The notes under the pieces were generated by a model. That model did no database searches, had not been told where the DNA came from, and saw only the letters and a list, made by a program, of their open reading frames with translations. From assembly GCA_022729235.1 (NCBI GenBank), contig JALDAJ010000001.1, positions 832,001 through 896,000 on the forward strand: a DNA stretch of 64,000 nucleotides, written 5' to 3'. Position 1 is the stretch's first letter, and every line of letters starts with the position of its first letter. Positions 8,567 to 20,200 of this stretch are shown piece by piece. Both the position numbers and the translations under genes were made by a program. Source of the stretch: Candidatus Nanohalarchaeota archaeon (lineage in GTDB: Archaea > Nanohalarchaeota > Nanosalinia > Nanosalinales > Nanosalinaceae).

Positions 8567-9664
8567 ATGAATGAAGAAGACGTCGATGAAACCATAGATG
8601 AAATCTTTGATGATTATGCCCAGTACCAGGAAGAAAACTACATAGACTTCGACAAGTTCCTCAACCACTATCGAGGCGAACTCTCCAAGAACACCTTGGT
8701 TACCTACGGAAGAGCTTTGAAGTTCATCGACTTTGACCCTCTAGCAGATTCCCCAGAACCTGAGTGCCTGGATGAAGAAGAACAGGAAAAGTTTGACCTG
8801 TCGCAGTTTGAAAGTCTTTGGTCAAAGCGGAAAATGAAGGAAGTATGTGGGAAGGTTGACAAAAATCGTGCTACCAGGAACAGACAGTCGTACCTCTGCT
8901 GGCTCGCTCTCAAGAAATACTACAAAGCGGTAGGTGAAGCAGGGAGAATTGAAGAACTCCCGAATTCCTCTGATTTTGATAATAGAAGCAGTAGCGGAGA
9001 TACAAGCGATACTGATGACTATGTAAAGGTCAGTCTTGAGGAAAGCCAGATAGAACAAATGATGGATGTAGCAGATGAAAAAATGAAGAATGCGCTGATT
9101 AATCTTTACCACGGAGGTATGAGAAGCTATGAGCTACTTCACGCAACATACAAGTGGTACGATTTCTCTTTGGAGGGACGAATAGAGGTAGAAGTCCCAG
9201 CTAAGTATGCGAAAGGTCGCCGAGGGAATCGTTCCTCTGAAAAACTCTATATTAAAGAAGAGTTCCAGGAAGCTCTCCAAAACTACATTTTGGATGTTCA
9301 CAATTTCGATGGAAGTTACAGTGACTTTCTGAAACAGGTAGATGAGGGTAAGGAGCAGTATCTGTTCAACTTCAAACAGGAAACGAATAAGTCATTCAAA
9401 GATTTGAGGGTAGAACGCTGGCGTCTATGGGAGTCTATCCGCTCTGTGGCGAAGGATGCAGGTCTTAATGAGGAAGATGTGAAGAGCTTAAGCAGTCACG
9501 ATTTTCGCACGAACCAAATCCGAAAAGTCTATGACACCGTTAATGACCTTAAGAGGACTGCCCTGGTTGCACGGCACGCTTCATCGAATACTACAGAAAA
9601 ATTTTACCTAAACAAGGATGAGCAAGAAAAACTGGAAACCTACAAAGAAGCATTTGAAGAATGA
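8567..9664 (+). CDS. tyrosine recombinase/integrase
   Basis: GMRSYELL (R), AKG (K), HDFR (HxxR), ARH...TTEKFY (H, Y). Confidence 0.88.
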   Translation: MNEEDVDETIDEIFDDYAQYQEENYIDFDKFLNHYRGELSKNTLVTYGRALKFIDFDPLADSPEPECLDEEEQEKFDLSQFESLWSKRKMKEVCGKVDKNRATRNRQSYLCWLALKKYYKAVGEAGRIEELPNSSDFDNRSSSGDTSDTDDYVKVSLEESQIEQMMDVADEKMKNALINLYHGGMRSYELLHATYKWYDFSLEGRIEVEVPAKYAKGRRGNRSSEKLYIKEEFQEALQNYILDVHNFDGSYSDFLKQVDEGKEQYLFNFKQETNKSFKDLRVERWRLWESIRSVAKDAGLNEEDVKSLSSHDFRTNQIRKVYDTVNDLKRTALVARHASSNTTEKFYLNKDEQEKLETYKEAFEE

Positions 9665-9704
9665 AATGAAAAGTCATTTATCTTACTGTTTTGTGAATTA
9701 ATCT

Positions 9705-10268
9705 ATGAGTTTTGACCTTTCTAAAGAGTATTTTGAACAAGATACTGGTTTAGAAGAAAAAGAAAACCTATCAATTGAGGAAGCTCTACAAGAAGTAGAT
9801 AAGGTTGTCAGTACAACAGAACCAACAGGTTTGTCCTTTGGAACAGAAGACCACGTACTAGGTTTTGATTATGTGCCTGATGAAGATGAGTGGCGAGTAC
9901 TTGTAATCTGGCAAAACCAGGAGCGTGACGACCTCAGTCGTTCAGGACTACCAACAGAGATAGTGAAAGAAGTACTTCAAAAATATTCTGAAGATGGAGA
10001 ATGGTTGGAGATGCTGGAAAACTGGGAAGGACACGAAGAAGACGAAATAGTGGAATTGTTGAAGGAGAAAATAAAATCTACTGACTGGGAACTTAACACA
10101 GACTTCAATCCCGCTATGATAGAACTGAGAGCTGAAGACAACCAGTTCGTACTTGACCCTGACAAAGCAGAAACAGTAAACAAGGATGAGGTAGGAATAT
10201 CCATTAACTCACAGAATTACACAGTAATGCTCTCCCAAGACGGCTCAATACAATTTATAGAAGAATAA
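9705..10268 (+). CDS. hypothetical acidic protein
   Basis: 187-aa ORF. Confidence 0.7.
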   Translation: MSFDLSKEYFEQDTGLEEKENLSIEEALQEVDKVVSTTEPTGLSFGTEDHVLGFDYVPDEDEWRVLVIWQNQERDDLSRSGLPTEIVKEVLQKYSEDGEWLEMLENWEGHEEDEIVELLKEKIKSTDWELNTDFNPAMIELRAEDNQFVLDPDKAETVNKDEVGISINSQNYTVMLSQDGSIQFIEE

Positions 10269-10336
10269 TGAAATCAACAACCTGAAAGCTAGAATTAAAG
10301 CTTAGCATTAAAACAAATTGACAATAGGGACAAAAA

Positions 10337-11242
10337 ATGGAAAGAAAAGACTACTTCTACATAACCAGTATCGCCTTCCTATTCCTAATAGTAGTCACAG
10401 GCTACAGCAGTAACTTATCAAGCGATGTGAAAAGCCTGACAGTTGACCCTGTAGCCAACACCTTAGACCAGACACAGACCTGTGAACTAGAAACCTCACT
10501 AAACATAGACGATGAAACAGTTATTGCTAATGTAACACACTTCAGTTCACCTGAAGAAGTAGCAATAGATAGCCACAAAGTCCGTTTGAAGGCTGAAGAA
10601 ATACAAGACCGTCATCACCGAACAGGAATCGAATACACCTGTGAAGAAGTATTCGAGGGAGAAGGAGAATACAGTTGTGAAATACAGGGAGAACCACAAC
10701 CTGAAACAGAACTAGGATTCGTCATCGAACCAGAAACTAACTACAACCCATTCCAAGACAGATGCGAATTTGAAGGACACCACCGTGACGAAGACATAGA
10801 ATGGATAAGAACAGAAAGTTACGCATCAGCAAACCCACAAACCAGCCTTGAAGTAACAGATGTAAACATAGATATTGAAGATGTCTCTTGGGGCGAAACA
10901 GTAACAGAAGCAGTAGAACACCTAGAAATCACCAACACAGGAAACACCGAAGTAGAAATATCCGCAACATTCCCAGACGAAGAACAACCAGAAAAACACC
11001 TAGAAAACGACAAAGGCTCAATCTTCCTCGGAGAACCAGGAATACAAGAACTAGAAACAGAAATATCGCCAGATGAAACAGAAGAAATAGCTGTATACTA
11101 CCAAGTAAGCCCACAACAAGAATCAGAAAAAGATGAAATAACTCCGATAAGAGAAACTGCATATATATTAGTAAACCCAGAACAACCGAATTCAATCGAA
11201 ACTGCGCAACAAAACTATACAGTTAGCATAGAAATAACATAG
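10337..11242 (+). CDS. secreted or membrane-anchored beta-rich (Ig-like) protein
   Basis: N-terminal hydrophobic segment; LEITNTGN motif typical of Ig-like folds. Confidence 0.65.
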   Translation: MERKDYFYITSIAFLFLIVVTGYSSNLSSDVKSLTVDPVANTLDQTQTCELETSLNIDDETVIANVTHFSSPEEVAIDSHKVRLKAEEIQDRHHRTGIEYTCEEVFEGEGEYSCEIQGEPQPETELGFVIEPETNYNPFQDRCEFEGHHRDEDIEWIRTESYASANPQTSLEVTDVNIDIEDVSWGETVTEAVEHLEITNTGNTEVEISATFPDEEQPEKHLENDKGSIFLGEPGIQELETEISPDETEEIAVYYQVSPQQESEKDEITPIRETAYILVNPEQPNSIETAQQNYTVSIEIT

Positions 11243-11248
11243 CTTTAC

Positions 11249-11578
11249 TCAGTAAATTTCTGATGATTTCGCATCCGTACCTCTATACTTTTCAGGGACT
11301 TTCAGAGTGCCTGTAAGCACTTCCTCTGTCTCATTATCTTCGTCAGCTACTACTACGCTTATCTTCTCCGTTTCTTCAAATGGATACCTGTCAGGGTAAG
11401 TCTTCATTCCTTTCTTCTGGATTACGTTGGAGACTGTTTTCTTCCACTGCTTCTTTGAAAGAGATTTCAAGTCTTTATCTGTCTCTAAAACTGCTATGTT
11501 TAGGTATATTTCTTTATTCAGGTTAGGGTGAGGTCGCTCGTCCATCTCTTTCACGGCTCTTATCCAGGCAGTTTGCAT
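11249..11578 (-). CDS. hypothetical protein
   Basis: 109-aa ORF convergent on the previous gene. Confidence 0.55.
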   Translation of the reverse strand: MQTAWIRAVKEMDERPHPNLNKEIYLNIAVLETDKDLKSLSKKQWKKTVSNVIQKKGMKTYPDRYPFEETEKISVVVADEDNETEEVLTGTLKVPEKYRGTDAKSSEIY

Positions 11579-11784
11579 CAGTTACGACTTCTTTCGACTC
11601 ATTAAAAATCTAGTCCCGACACGTCGGGGAACAGTCTTGAAACCTGTATTAACAGGATTGAAATCTATTTTAGAACGGTTGATTCTTCGTGCGTGCGCCT
11701 CGCCGAAGGTCTGGGGTATGTAACTAGGGGTAGGGCGTGTTTCAGGTCACGTAATTTTTAACTCTGGTAATCTCACCGAAGGTT

Positions 11785-13551
11785 ATGAGTAAGGCGCAAA
11801 GTTTCCAAGAAGTTGTAACTAAACAAGTTAAATTCAAGATTCCTGAGTATCAGAGAAATTATTCCTGGACTGAGGAAGAGTTCCAAGACCTGTGGAGAGA
11901 CCTAAACAACGTGATGGATAACAGAGAGGCGGAAGGAAACGGGAGAAACCATTTCTACGGGATGTTTCTCTTTGAAACTGAGGATAATGTTTACAAGATA
12001 ATAGATGGACAGCAGAGAATCACTACGGCAATCATCTTCTTGAATGAAATCAAGAACAAGCTAGCTGAGCAAGGATACGATACCGAGGCTGAAAAGATAA
12101 AACAGGGCTACATAAAAGACATCAACGGCTACAAACTCCAGCTTGGAACAGATGAGGATGACCTTGTATTGAAGGACAATATACTAGGTAAGAAAGTTGT
12201 TGACAGGGATATAGAAGTAATATCTGACTCTCCTTCTCAGAACAAGCTCTTGAGAGCCAAGAAGTTCTTCAGGGAAAAACTGGAGGACAAGGACAAAGAA
12301 TACCTTCTAGACTTGAAGGAAGAGATAACTAAATTAGAAGTCCTTACGTATGAAGTAGAGTCTATTATCCGTGCAGTAAAGATTTTCGAAACCGCCAACG
12401 ACAGAGGACGAGACCTTACAGTCCTGGACAAGACCAAGAGCTTCCTAATGCTACAAATCTATCTCAACAACCACGAAGGAGAAGAAACAGCAATAAAGGA
12501 AGAAATAAATCTTCTACAATCCAGATTCGGAGATATATACGGTAAAATTGAAGAGATTAATCAGGATAGCCACTGGGGAGACCTATCCGAAGACAACATT
12601 CAAAGATTCCACTACATTCTATGGGACACTGAATGGAGCTCAAGCAGAGGAGAAAGATACCACCAGAACCTGCTAGAAAACCTGAAGCAGAAAATCAGAG
12701 AAAGTGAAACGCCTTTAGAGGATATTGAAAATTATTCGAAGCAGTTAAAGACCGCTTTTGTGGCGCAGGAACAACTGACGAAGAAATCTGAGGATAGCAG
12801 AGAAAAGTACCTGATTAAACGGATGGAACTTATGGGAAGTATGGGTAATATCAGACCCTTGCTACTGGCTCTGCGCCTCAAGAAAGATTCTCTAGGAGAA
12901 GACAACTATATCGAAATTCTAGAGCTAGTAGAGACACTAGCGGTCAGGATGTATTCAATTCTTCAAAGACCTGCCTACACTGCTAGATACAAGATATACA
13001 ACCTGGCTAGAGATGTTTACCAGGAAAACGTTTCAGTAGAAGAAATCAAAGAAAAACTGATAGATATAATAGAGGATAAAGCAAGTGATGAAGCAGTAAG
13101 AGAAGCTCTTACAGAGGAATACGATGATTTCTACAAAGACTTTGGGAAACAGGAAATCAGGTTTTTACTCTACTTCTATGAAGAACACAAACAGACAGAG
13201 TCGGACAGACAGAAAATGCCTTTCAACTTGGAAGAATGGGTGAACGGAAAACTAGTCGGCGCAGACAAAGATACAAACATAGAAGTTGAACATATCCATC
13301 CACAGTCTCCGAACGAAGACCTAGACCTAGAGGAAGATAAACACAGGCTCGGAAATCTTTCAATTCTACCTGAAGGAGAGAACAAATCACTTCAGAACGC
13401 AGTTCAAGCCGACAAAGAAGAAGCATACAAACACGTAAACCTAGATATGAATAAGGACATAGTTCCCGATTTAACTGACTGGGGCAAAGATACAATTGAG
13501 AACAGAGAAGAGGAGATAGTTAATCATATCTTGGAACGCTGGAGCTACTAA
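11785..13551 (+). CDS. GmrSD-family (DUF262 + DUF1524/HNH) modification-dependent nuclease
   Basis: IPEYQRNYSW, IIDGQQRITT, FETANDRG; C-terminal EHIHPQ...GNL...N. Confidence 0.9.
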   Translation: MSKAQSFQEVVTKQVKFKIPEYQRNYSWTEEEFQDLWRDLNNVMDNREAEGNGRNHFYGMFLFETEDNVYKIIDGQQRITTAIIFLNEIKNKLAEQGYDTEAEKIKQGYIKDINGYKLQLGTDEDDLVLKDNILGKKVVDRDIEVISDSPSQNKLLRAKKFFREKLEDKDKEYLLDLKEEITKLEVLTYEVESIIRAVKIFETANDRGRDLTVLDKTKSFLMLQIYLNNHEGEETAIKEEINLLQSRFGDIYGKIEEINQDSHWGDLSEDNIQRFHYILWDTEWSSSRGERYHQNLLENLKQKIRESETPLEDIENYSKQLKTAFVAQEQLTKKSEDSREKYLIKRMELMGSMGNIRPLLLALRLKKDSLGEDNYIEILELVETLAVRMYSILQRPAYTARYKIYNLARDVYQENVSVEEIKEKLIDIIEDKASDEAVREALTEEYDDFYKDFGKQEIRFLLYFYEEHKQTESDRQKMPFNLEEWVNGKLVGADKDTNIEVEHIHPQSPNEDLDLEEDKHRLGNLSILPEGENKSLQNAVQADKEEAYKHVNLDMNKDIVPDLTDWGKDTIENREEEIVNHILERWSY

Positions 13552-13599
13552 ATGACTTCACTGGAAAGAATTAAAACCAATTTTGTGTGATGTAGTATT

Positions 13600-16500
13600 A
13601 TGCCGTATTCGAAGATAACTTCTTCAGATATAGCGAATTGGGACTCTATAGATAAAATCGCTGAATCTCTAGAGAAAAGAGGCTTGGAGCGTGAAAAGAA
13701 TCTTTCAGAACACGACGATGAAATTGTATTGAGAATAAATGACGACGAATTTGTTGCTGTAGTGAAGGCAGAGGAAGGAAAGAAAGCATCGGATTATCGA
13801 ACCAGAATGGACTCAGCAAGGCACACACAAGTTGTTTCTACCACAGATTTCGAAAACTTTACTTTCACAAGCAGAAGACGTTCCTGGGATAAACACGGAC
13901 GAATTCAATACCAGAAATTCTCCTTCAGCAAAGACCAGTTCACAGGACGTGGAGAAAAAAGGTCAGTCCTAGAAAAACTCAACAATATAGAATATGGTGA
14001 CTCTAGAACTATAGACCAGATTTACGAAACACAGAAAGTTGTCAAGAAATTCTACGACGAGTTCGAAGAAATTAAAGCTGAGATGGTCAGAAATGTAGAG
14101 AATATACCTGAAGACAGAGGAGATGCAAAACAAAATTACGCTCAGACTATTTTTGACCGACTGATTTTCCTTTACTTTATCCAAGAGAAAAAGCTTCTAG
14201 ACTACAAGAAGGACTACCTCAGACGACATCACGAAAGAATTACAGAAGAAGGTGAAGATGTATACGAGGAATTTTACGAACCATTATTCTTCAAACTGTT
14301 ATCTGAAGGAGCAAAAGATACTGAGTTCGGAGAATTACCGTACCTGAACGGAGGGCTTTTCAGCAAGACGAGAATCGAAGAAGAATTCCCAGAAGCAAGG
14401 CTTGGAAGCGGTGTGGAAGAAACCAACGAACTATTCGAAGAAATACTTGACTTCCTCGACAGTTGGAACTGGCACGCTGACGAAAGATTAGATATAGTAG
14501 ACCCGAACAGAGTGAGTCCAGAACTTCTCGGGCATATTTTCGAGAAAACAGTCAATCAGAAAGAAATGGGGGCATACTACACGCCAGAAGAAATCACCCA
14601 TTTTATGGCGAGAAACTCCATTCATCCATATATTATAGACAGGCTGAATGAGAAATTCGATACTAACTACGAAGAAATAGACGAAGTATTCAACTTAGAC
14701 GAATATGAGGAAGACGAAGAAACTTACGAACACGATGAAACGAGAATCGGAGAACTGGACGGAATAAACCGAGAAGAAGTAGAACATCTCTACTTCGAAG
14801 TTCTTGAAGACCTGAAGGTTCTCGACCCTGCAGTAGGTTCTGGAGCATTCCTGCTCGCAGCCCAAGAAGTCCTACTAGACGTATACCTTTCCTGCATCGA
14901 ATATTTCCAGAAGCTCGACGAAGAACAGAAATGGGAGATGACACCGCAAATAACGGAGTTTGTCCAGGAGCTAGAGGAAGGAACGCAGAGCGAATCGATG
15001 CACGCCAAGAGAGAAATTATTCTACAGAACCTCTACGGTGTCGATATTGACAGAGGGGCAACAGAAATCTGTAAGCTCCGACTATGGTTATCAATTGTCG
15101 CAGACCTCGAAGAAGGGAAAGACCCGACAGAAGTTGAAACTCTCCCGAACATCGATTTCAATATCAGACAAGGAAACAGTCTTGTCGGTTTTACACAGCC
15201 ACTGGACAAAGCTCTTGACGGCGGCTCTAGTGGTCAGAACACCCAGTCCAGCCTTCATCATTTTAATGAAGACTCCATAAAGGAGAAATACGAAGACATT
15301 ATTGACGCAATTGAGAAGCATAAACGTGCAGATAGCAGTAAGGAGGCAGAAAAATATAGGAAAGATGCAGAAGAACTTCTTAGCAAATATAGAAGTGAAC
15401 CTAACCAGAAGATAAAGAAGCAGTTTGAAAATGCGGGGGCAGAGGTTGATAAAGATACAATAGAAGACTTCTCTCCGTTCCACTGGGTTTTAGAATTCGC
15501 TGAGGTTTATTCTGAGGGCGGATTTGATGTAATTGTCGGAAACCCGCCTTGGGAACAGCTTAAACCGCTGAGAGATGAGTATTTCGAACAGTTCGATGCT
15601 ACATTTAGAGGTCTAAAACCTGATGAAAAGAAGGAGAGGAAGAAAGAGCTATTGGAAGACCCTGAAATCGAAGCGGGATGGGAAGAATACCAGAGAGAAA
15701 TAGATATTCAATCCACCTACTTTAAGAAATCGGGCGTGTATCAATTCCAGCAGCCAGTTGTAGATGGCAGGAAGCACGGGACGGAGAGAGAGCTAGCTGC
15801 TCTATTTTTGGAGAGAGTTTTCTCTTTAGCGGATGAAGAAGGTTATGTATCTCAAATTTTACCTGGAAAAATCTGGAATGGTAGTTCAGCGAAAGATTTG
15901 CGGATGCATTTGCTTAACGGAACGAACATCCGTTCTCTGGTAACGTTTGAAAATAAAGGAATATTCAGCGATATACATCCTCAATATAGATTTGGAGTAG
16001 TTGTGTTTGAGAACCAGGACGAGACTGAAGAATTAGAAGGTATTTTCGGACAAACAGAAACTGATATTCTAGAGAGATTAGATGACGCTAGTGTCCAGAT
16101 TCCAAAAGAAGTTCTGGCTAAATTTTCACCAGAAGCTCGCACTTTCCCAACCATTAAGTCAGAAGAAGATGTCAAAGCTCTCAAGCCTATCTTAGATTAT
16201 CCGCCTATAGGGGATGATATAGAGAATAAGTGGGTCGTGCAAAGCTATAGAGAACTAGACAGAACGAATGACTCAGATAGATTTGTTGAAAAAGAAAAAG
16301 GCGATTATCCAATATACAGCGGAGGCAACATCTTCCAGTTCTGTTACAAAGATGTAGATGGAATTAGTCTGGAAGACACTGAATTCTGGAGTGTTGATGA
16401 AGAAAAAGACCCTGAAGTGAGTGCAAAGAGAAGAATCAGAGAGAAGAACACCTTGGAGCTAAAGAAGCAACTATACCAGGCTTTCGATGGAAGTGGTTCT

Positions 16501-17205
16501 CAAAAGAAATTTGTTAATGAATTATTAGAAAAGAAAAGAGGTAGAAGTCTAGAGCTAGATGATGTGTTGCTCGACTGTAGGACTTTCAGAATTGCTTATA
16601 GGTATGTAGCCAGACAGACGGATGAACGCTCTATGATTGCTTCTGTTTTGCCCAAAGGAGTAGTTACCAGAAATCAAGCACCGACGGTCAGACCTTTCGA
16701 AATAAACCCTTCTAAGGATGACCTTGATTCTGAAGACCTGCACAGTTGCTACGAGGAGATTTTCTCTACCGAAGAACTCTTTTACGCTGTAGGAATTATG
16801 AACAGTCTGCCTTTCGACTTCGTGATGCGAATGAAAGCTGACGCCTCAATTCCTGCTTACAGACTTGAAGAAACTCAAGCACCTCGTCTGACCGAAGGCG
16901 ACAAATGGTTTGAATTTATATGGGAGCGGGCTGCGAAGCTAAACGCTTATGATGAAGAATTCAAGGAAGTCCGAGAGGAACTTGATATTGAGGCTGTAAA
17001 AGAGGGAGAGAAAAGAAAAGAACTTCAGGCAGAGATTGATGCAGCAGCTTTCAAAGCCTATGGTGTGGAAGATAATGAGGCTAGGCACATACTCGATACT
17101 TTCCATAAGGTCAATAATCCTCGAATGATGGATGACGAGTATTTTGATATGGTTTGGGACAAATATCAGGATTTAAAGGAGAAAAAGGAGGTAGTAGCTG
17201 AATAA
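13600..17205 (+). CDS. large N6-adenine DNA methyltransferase (type IIG/Eco57I-like)
   Basis: YLNGGLF, GAYYTP, DPAVGSGAF (motif I), GNPPW (motif IV), C-terminal TRD-like region. Confidence 0.9.
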   Translation: MPYSKITSSDIANWDSIDKIAESLEKRGLEREKNLSEHDDEIVLRINDDEFVAVVKAEEGKKASDYRTRMDSARHTQVVSTTDFENFTFTSRRRSWDKHGRIQYQKFSFSKDQFTGRGEKRSVLEKLNNIEYGDSRTIDQIYETQKVVKKFYDEFEEIKAEMVRNVENIPEDRGDAKQNYAQTIFDRLIFLYFIQEKKLLDYKKDYLRRHHERITEEGEDVYEEFYEPLFFKLLSEGAKDTEFGELPYLNGGLFSKTRIEEEFPEARLGSGVEETNELFEEILDFLDSWNWHADERLDIVDPNRVSPELLGHIFEKTVNQKEMGAYYTPEEITHFMARNSIHPYIIDRLNEKFDTNYEEIDEVFNLDEYEEDEETYEHDETRIGELDGINREEVEHLYFEVLEDLKVLDPAVGSGAFLLAAQEVLLDVYLSCIEYFQKLDEEQKWEMTPQITEFVQELEEGTQSESMHAKREIILQNLYGVDIDRGATEICKLRLWLSIVADLEEGKDPTEVETLPNIDFNIRQGNSLVGFTQPLDKALDGGSSGQNTQSSLHHFNEDSIKEKYEDIIDAIEKHKRADSSKEAEKYRKDAEELLSKYRSEPNQKIKKQFENAGAEVDKDTIEDFSPFHWVLEFAEVYSEGGFDVIVGNPPWEQLKPLRDEYFEQFDATFRGLKPDEKKERKKELLEDPEIEAGWEEYQREIDIQSTYFKKSGVYQFQQPVVDGRKHGTERELAALFLERVFSLADEEGYVSQILPGKIWNGSSAKDLRMHLLNGTNIRSLVTFENKGIFSDIHPQYRFGVVVFENQDETEELEGIFGQTETDILERLDDASVQIPKEVLAKFSPEARTFPTIKSEEDVKALKPILDYPPIGDDIENKWVVQSYRELDRTNDSDRFVEKEKGDYPIYSGGNIFQFCYKDVDGISLEDTEFWSVDEEKDPEVSAKRRIREKNTLELKKQLYQAFDGSGSQKKFVNELLEKKRGRSLELDDVLLDCRTFRIAYRYVARQTDERSMIASVLPKGVVTRNQAPTVRPFEINPSKDDLDSEDLHSCYEEIFSTEELFYAVGIMNSLPFDFVMRMKADASIPAYRLEETQAPRLTEGDKWFEFIWERAAKLNAYDEEFKEVREELDIEAVKEGEKRKELQAEIDAAAFKAYGVEDNEARHILDTFHKVNNPRMMDDEYFDMVWDKYQDLKEKKEVVAE

Positions 17206-20200
17206 TGGTATTTCTTGACCCGATTATCGATAATCAGGAACATAGCTTGCGTGATACTTACAAGAAGCTTGTTAGAAGAAGTGAAGAAGTCCGAATTGCT
17301 ACAGGTTACTTCTACTTGTCAGGCTTTAATCTGTATAAGGAAGACCTAGAAGAACTTGCTGACCCTGAAGAACTTGGAAAATCACCTATTCGAATCATAA
17401 TGGGTAGGAAGACAGATAGAAGAACTGCTGATGAGCTTGAAGAAGGTTTTAATCTGCGTGAGCAGATGGAAGATGATATTCACGAAGATATTGAACAGCT
17501 TAACAACGCCCAGATGGATAGGTTAGAAAGACTCAAAGACTTCATCGCAGAAGGACTTGTAGATGTCAGAATCAGCAATCCTGATGGAGGAAGTTTCCAC
17601 GCTAAAGGAGCTTCTTTCAGAGAGCCACTCACTGAAGGCGAGAAAAATGTAGAAGACCAGGACAGAAGACCTGTTTCCGTAATTGTAGGGTCATCGAACT
17701 TCTCAGAAACAGGACATACTAAAAATATCGAACTAAACCTCTCCTCTCAAGATGCTACGAAGGCAGCAGAGTTTGAAGGATGGTTCGACAACAGATGGGC
17801 GAACTCCGAAGAATTTAATCAGGAACTAATTGAGATAATAGAATCGAATCCAAAATATCAGGACTGGAAAGAAGACCAAGAAGAAACAGAGGGCGAAGAA
17901 AGTGAAGAACTCGAACTCGGAACATTTATCGAACCATTCGAATACTACAAAATGCTGGCATACGACGCACTGGATGGCTATGTCAGCGACAGACACAACA
18001 GCCCACTATACCACTTCCAGCACAGAGGATACGAAAGTGCAAAAGCAAAGCTCGCCAAATATGACGGAGCAATTATCTCTGACAGTGTAGGACTTGGAAA
18101 GTCATTCATCGGAGCAGAAATTCTAAGGGACTACAGACACAACGGACTCAACGCACTTCTAATCGTTCCAGCACACCTAACCAACCAGTGGGAAGAACTT
18201 CTGGAAGAAGCAACAGATGAAACAGGTAACAAATACTTCAACCTTGAAGTCGATGACCGCCATCTTGAGGTAATGAGCATCACGAAGTTCCAGAACTTGG
18301 AATATGAAAGAGTTCAGGAACTTCGAGAACAGTTTGATGCAGTTCTTGTAGACGAGGCACACCGATTTAGGAACAGCGGTCGCTGGAAACCAGGAAAAGA
18401 AGATTACAAAGGAACTCGAAGATACGCCAACCTCAGAGAGTTCAAGGACAAGAAGATGATAATGTTGACAGCGACTCCTCTGAATAACAGTGCAGAGGAC
18501 TTGAAGAATCTGATAAGCTTATTCACCAACGAGAAAGACCTAAGAAATATCGATGGTCTGGACTTCGATGCATTCGACGAATACATCAAGCTTGCTAGCA
18601 AGCGTAAGAAGATGATTAGGGAGGATGAGGTAGACCAGCAAGAGCTTCAGAAAATACTTGACCAACTTGCTGACAAAGCCGAAGAAATCGGAAATATTCT
18701 TGACAGTGTGATGGTTCTCAGAACGAGGAAACACGTCAAGGAGCAACTACGAGAGGAAGAAGACTTCGATATGAACTTCAAGCCTCCAGAAGTCCACAAG
18801 GAGAACTATACGCTTCCTGATGCGTATCAACCTGCATATGAAGTTCTTCCAGATATAATGAATGCTCTACACCTCCCGCATATTACAATCAGAAATCCGC
18901 AGGGAGGCAGCACCTTGAAGGCGCTCTACAAGTTGAACCTGCTGAAAAGACTGGAATCATCGCCATATGCATTCATAATGTCGCTTCAGACACTTTACGA
19001 GAGTGAAACCAAACTATTAGATATACTTGAGGACTTGCCAGAAGACGAAAAGGTCAGAGAACTTCAAGAGCTACAAGATGAAGATAAAGTCGTTCTCGAA
19101 GATTTCACGCAGAACGAGGAAACAGCAGAAGGACTCCAGTCAACACTTGAGGAACTTGGATTCGATGATTCTGTCGCCAGACAAGGCGATGATGTAGTTG
19201 ACGACCTCGAAAAAGCAGAGGTCGGAGATGTCATCAAATTTATCCGTGAAGACCTGGCGATGCTCTCTCACTTCGCATCACAGTTCGTTACAGGCATAGC
19301 TCCTCAGGACGAAGAACTCAACGACCTAAAACACACTACCGATAACTGGCTGCGAGAGAAAGGACTCAATAAAATACCTGATGTTCCACCGACCAAATAC
19401 GATGAAGTAGTCTACCCTGGCACTGACTTGGAGGATGCGGTCGAGGAGCTAGAACCATTCTATAACAGAATCTTCGACATCCAAGAGTTCAAGGACACGA
19501 AAGTAGACAGGTTAGCGAAGGTTCTGAACAAACAGGACGGTAAGACTATCATATTCACTCAGTATAGAGCCACAGCAGACTACATCTACGACCAATTGCT
19601 GGATTCCGATGAATCACCTATGACAAGAGAAAACAGTGCGGTCGTAAAGGGAGGTGACAAGAACAAGCAGGATGTTGTGAAAAGATTCTCACCAGGCTCT
19701 ACTGGTTATCAGTCAACACTTGATGAAGAAGGAGAAAACGAGCTAGACTACGTGGTCGCAACTGACACACTTTCCGAAGGAGTCAATCTTCAAGATGTAA
19801 ACACAGCAATAAACTACGACCTGCCTTGGAATCCGATGCGTATCGTTCAGAGAGTCGGAAGAATCGACCGAATCGGAAGCACAGCCGACAAACACGTCCA
19901 CAACTTCTTCCCAGACGAAGACCTAGAAACAGCCATCAAACTACTGGAAAGACTCCAAGCAAAGATTGACGACATCGCACTGATTGTCGGAAAAGAAAAC
20001 AACATACTCGACCCTAACGAAGACGAAGTCCTAGACCGCGCAGGAGTCGAAAAAGAGAAAACCATCGGAGAAATTGAACTCGAAGAAATACAAGAAAGCG
20101 TCCAAAAATCCAGAGAAGTAGAAGACATCAACGAATTAGACGACACCAGTCAAAACGCGCTCCTACGTAGAACAGGCAAGGAAAGCGAGAAAGAAGCATT

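Noticed and set aside
10888-11076. Arg-rich 62-aa ORF resembling a protamine
   Set aside because: Alternate frame of an A/G-rich acidic gene.
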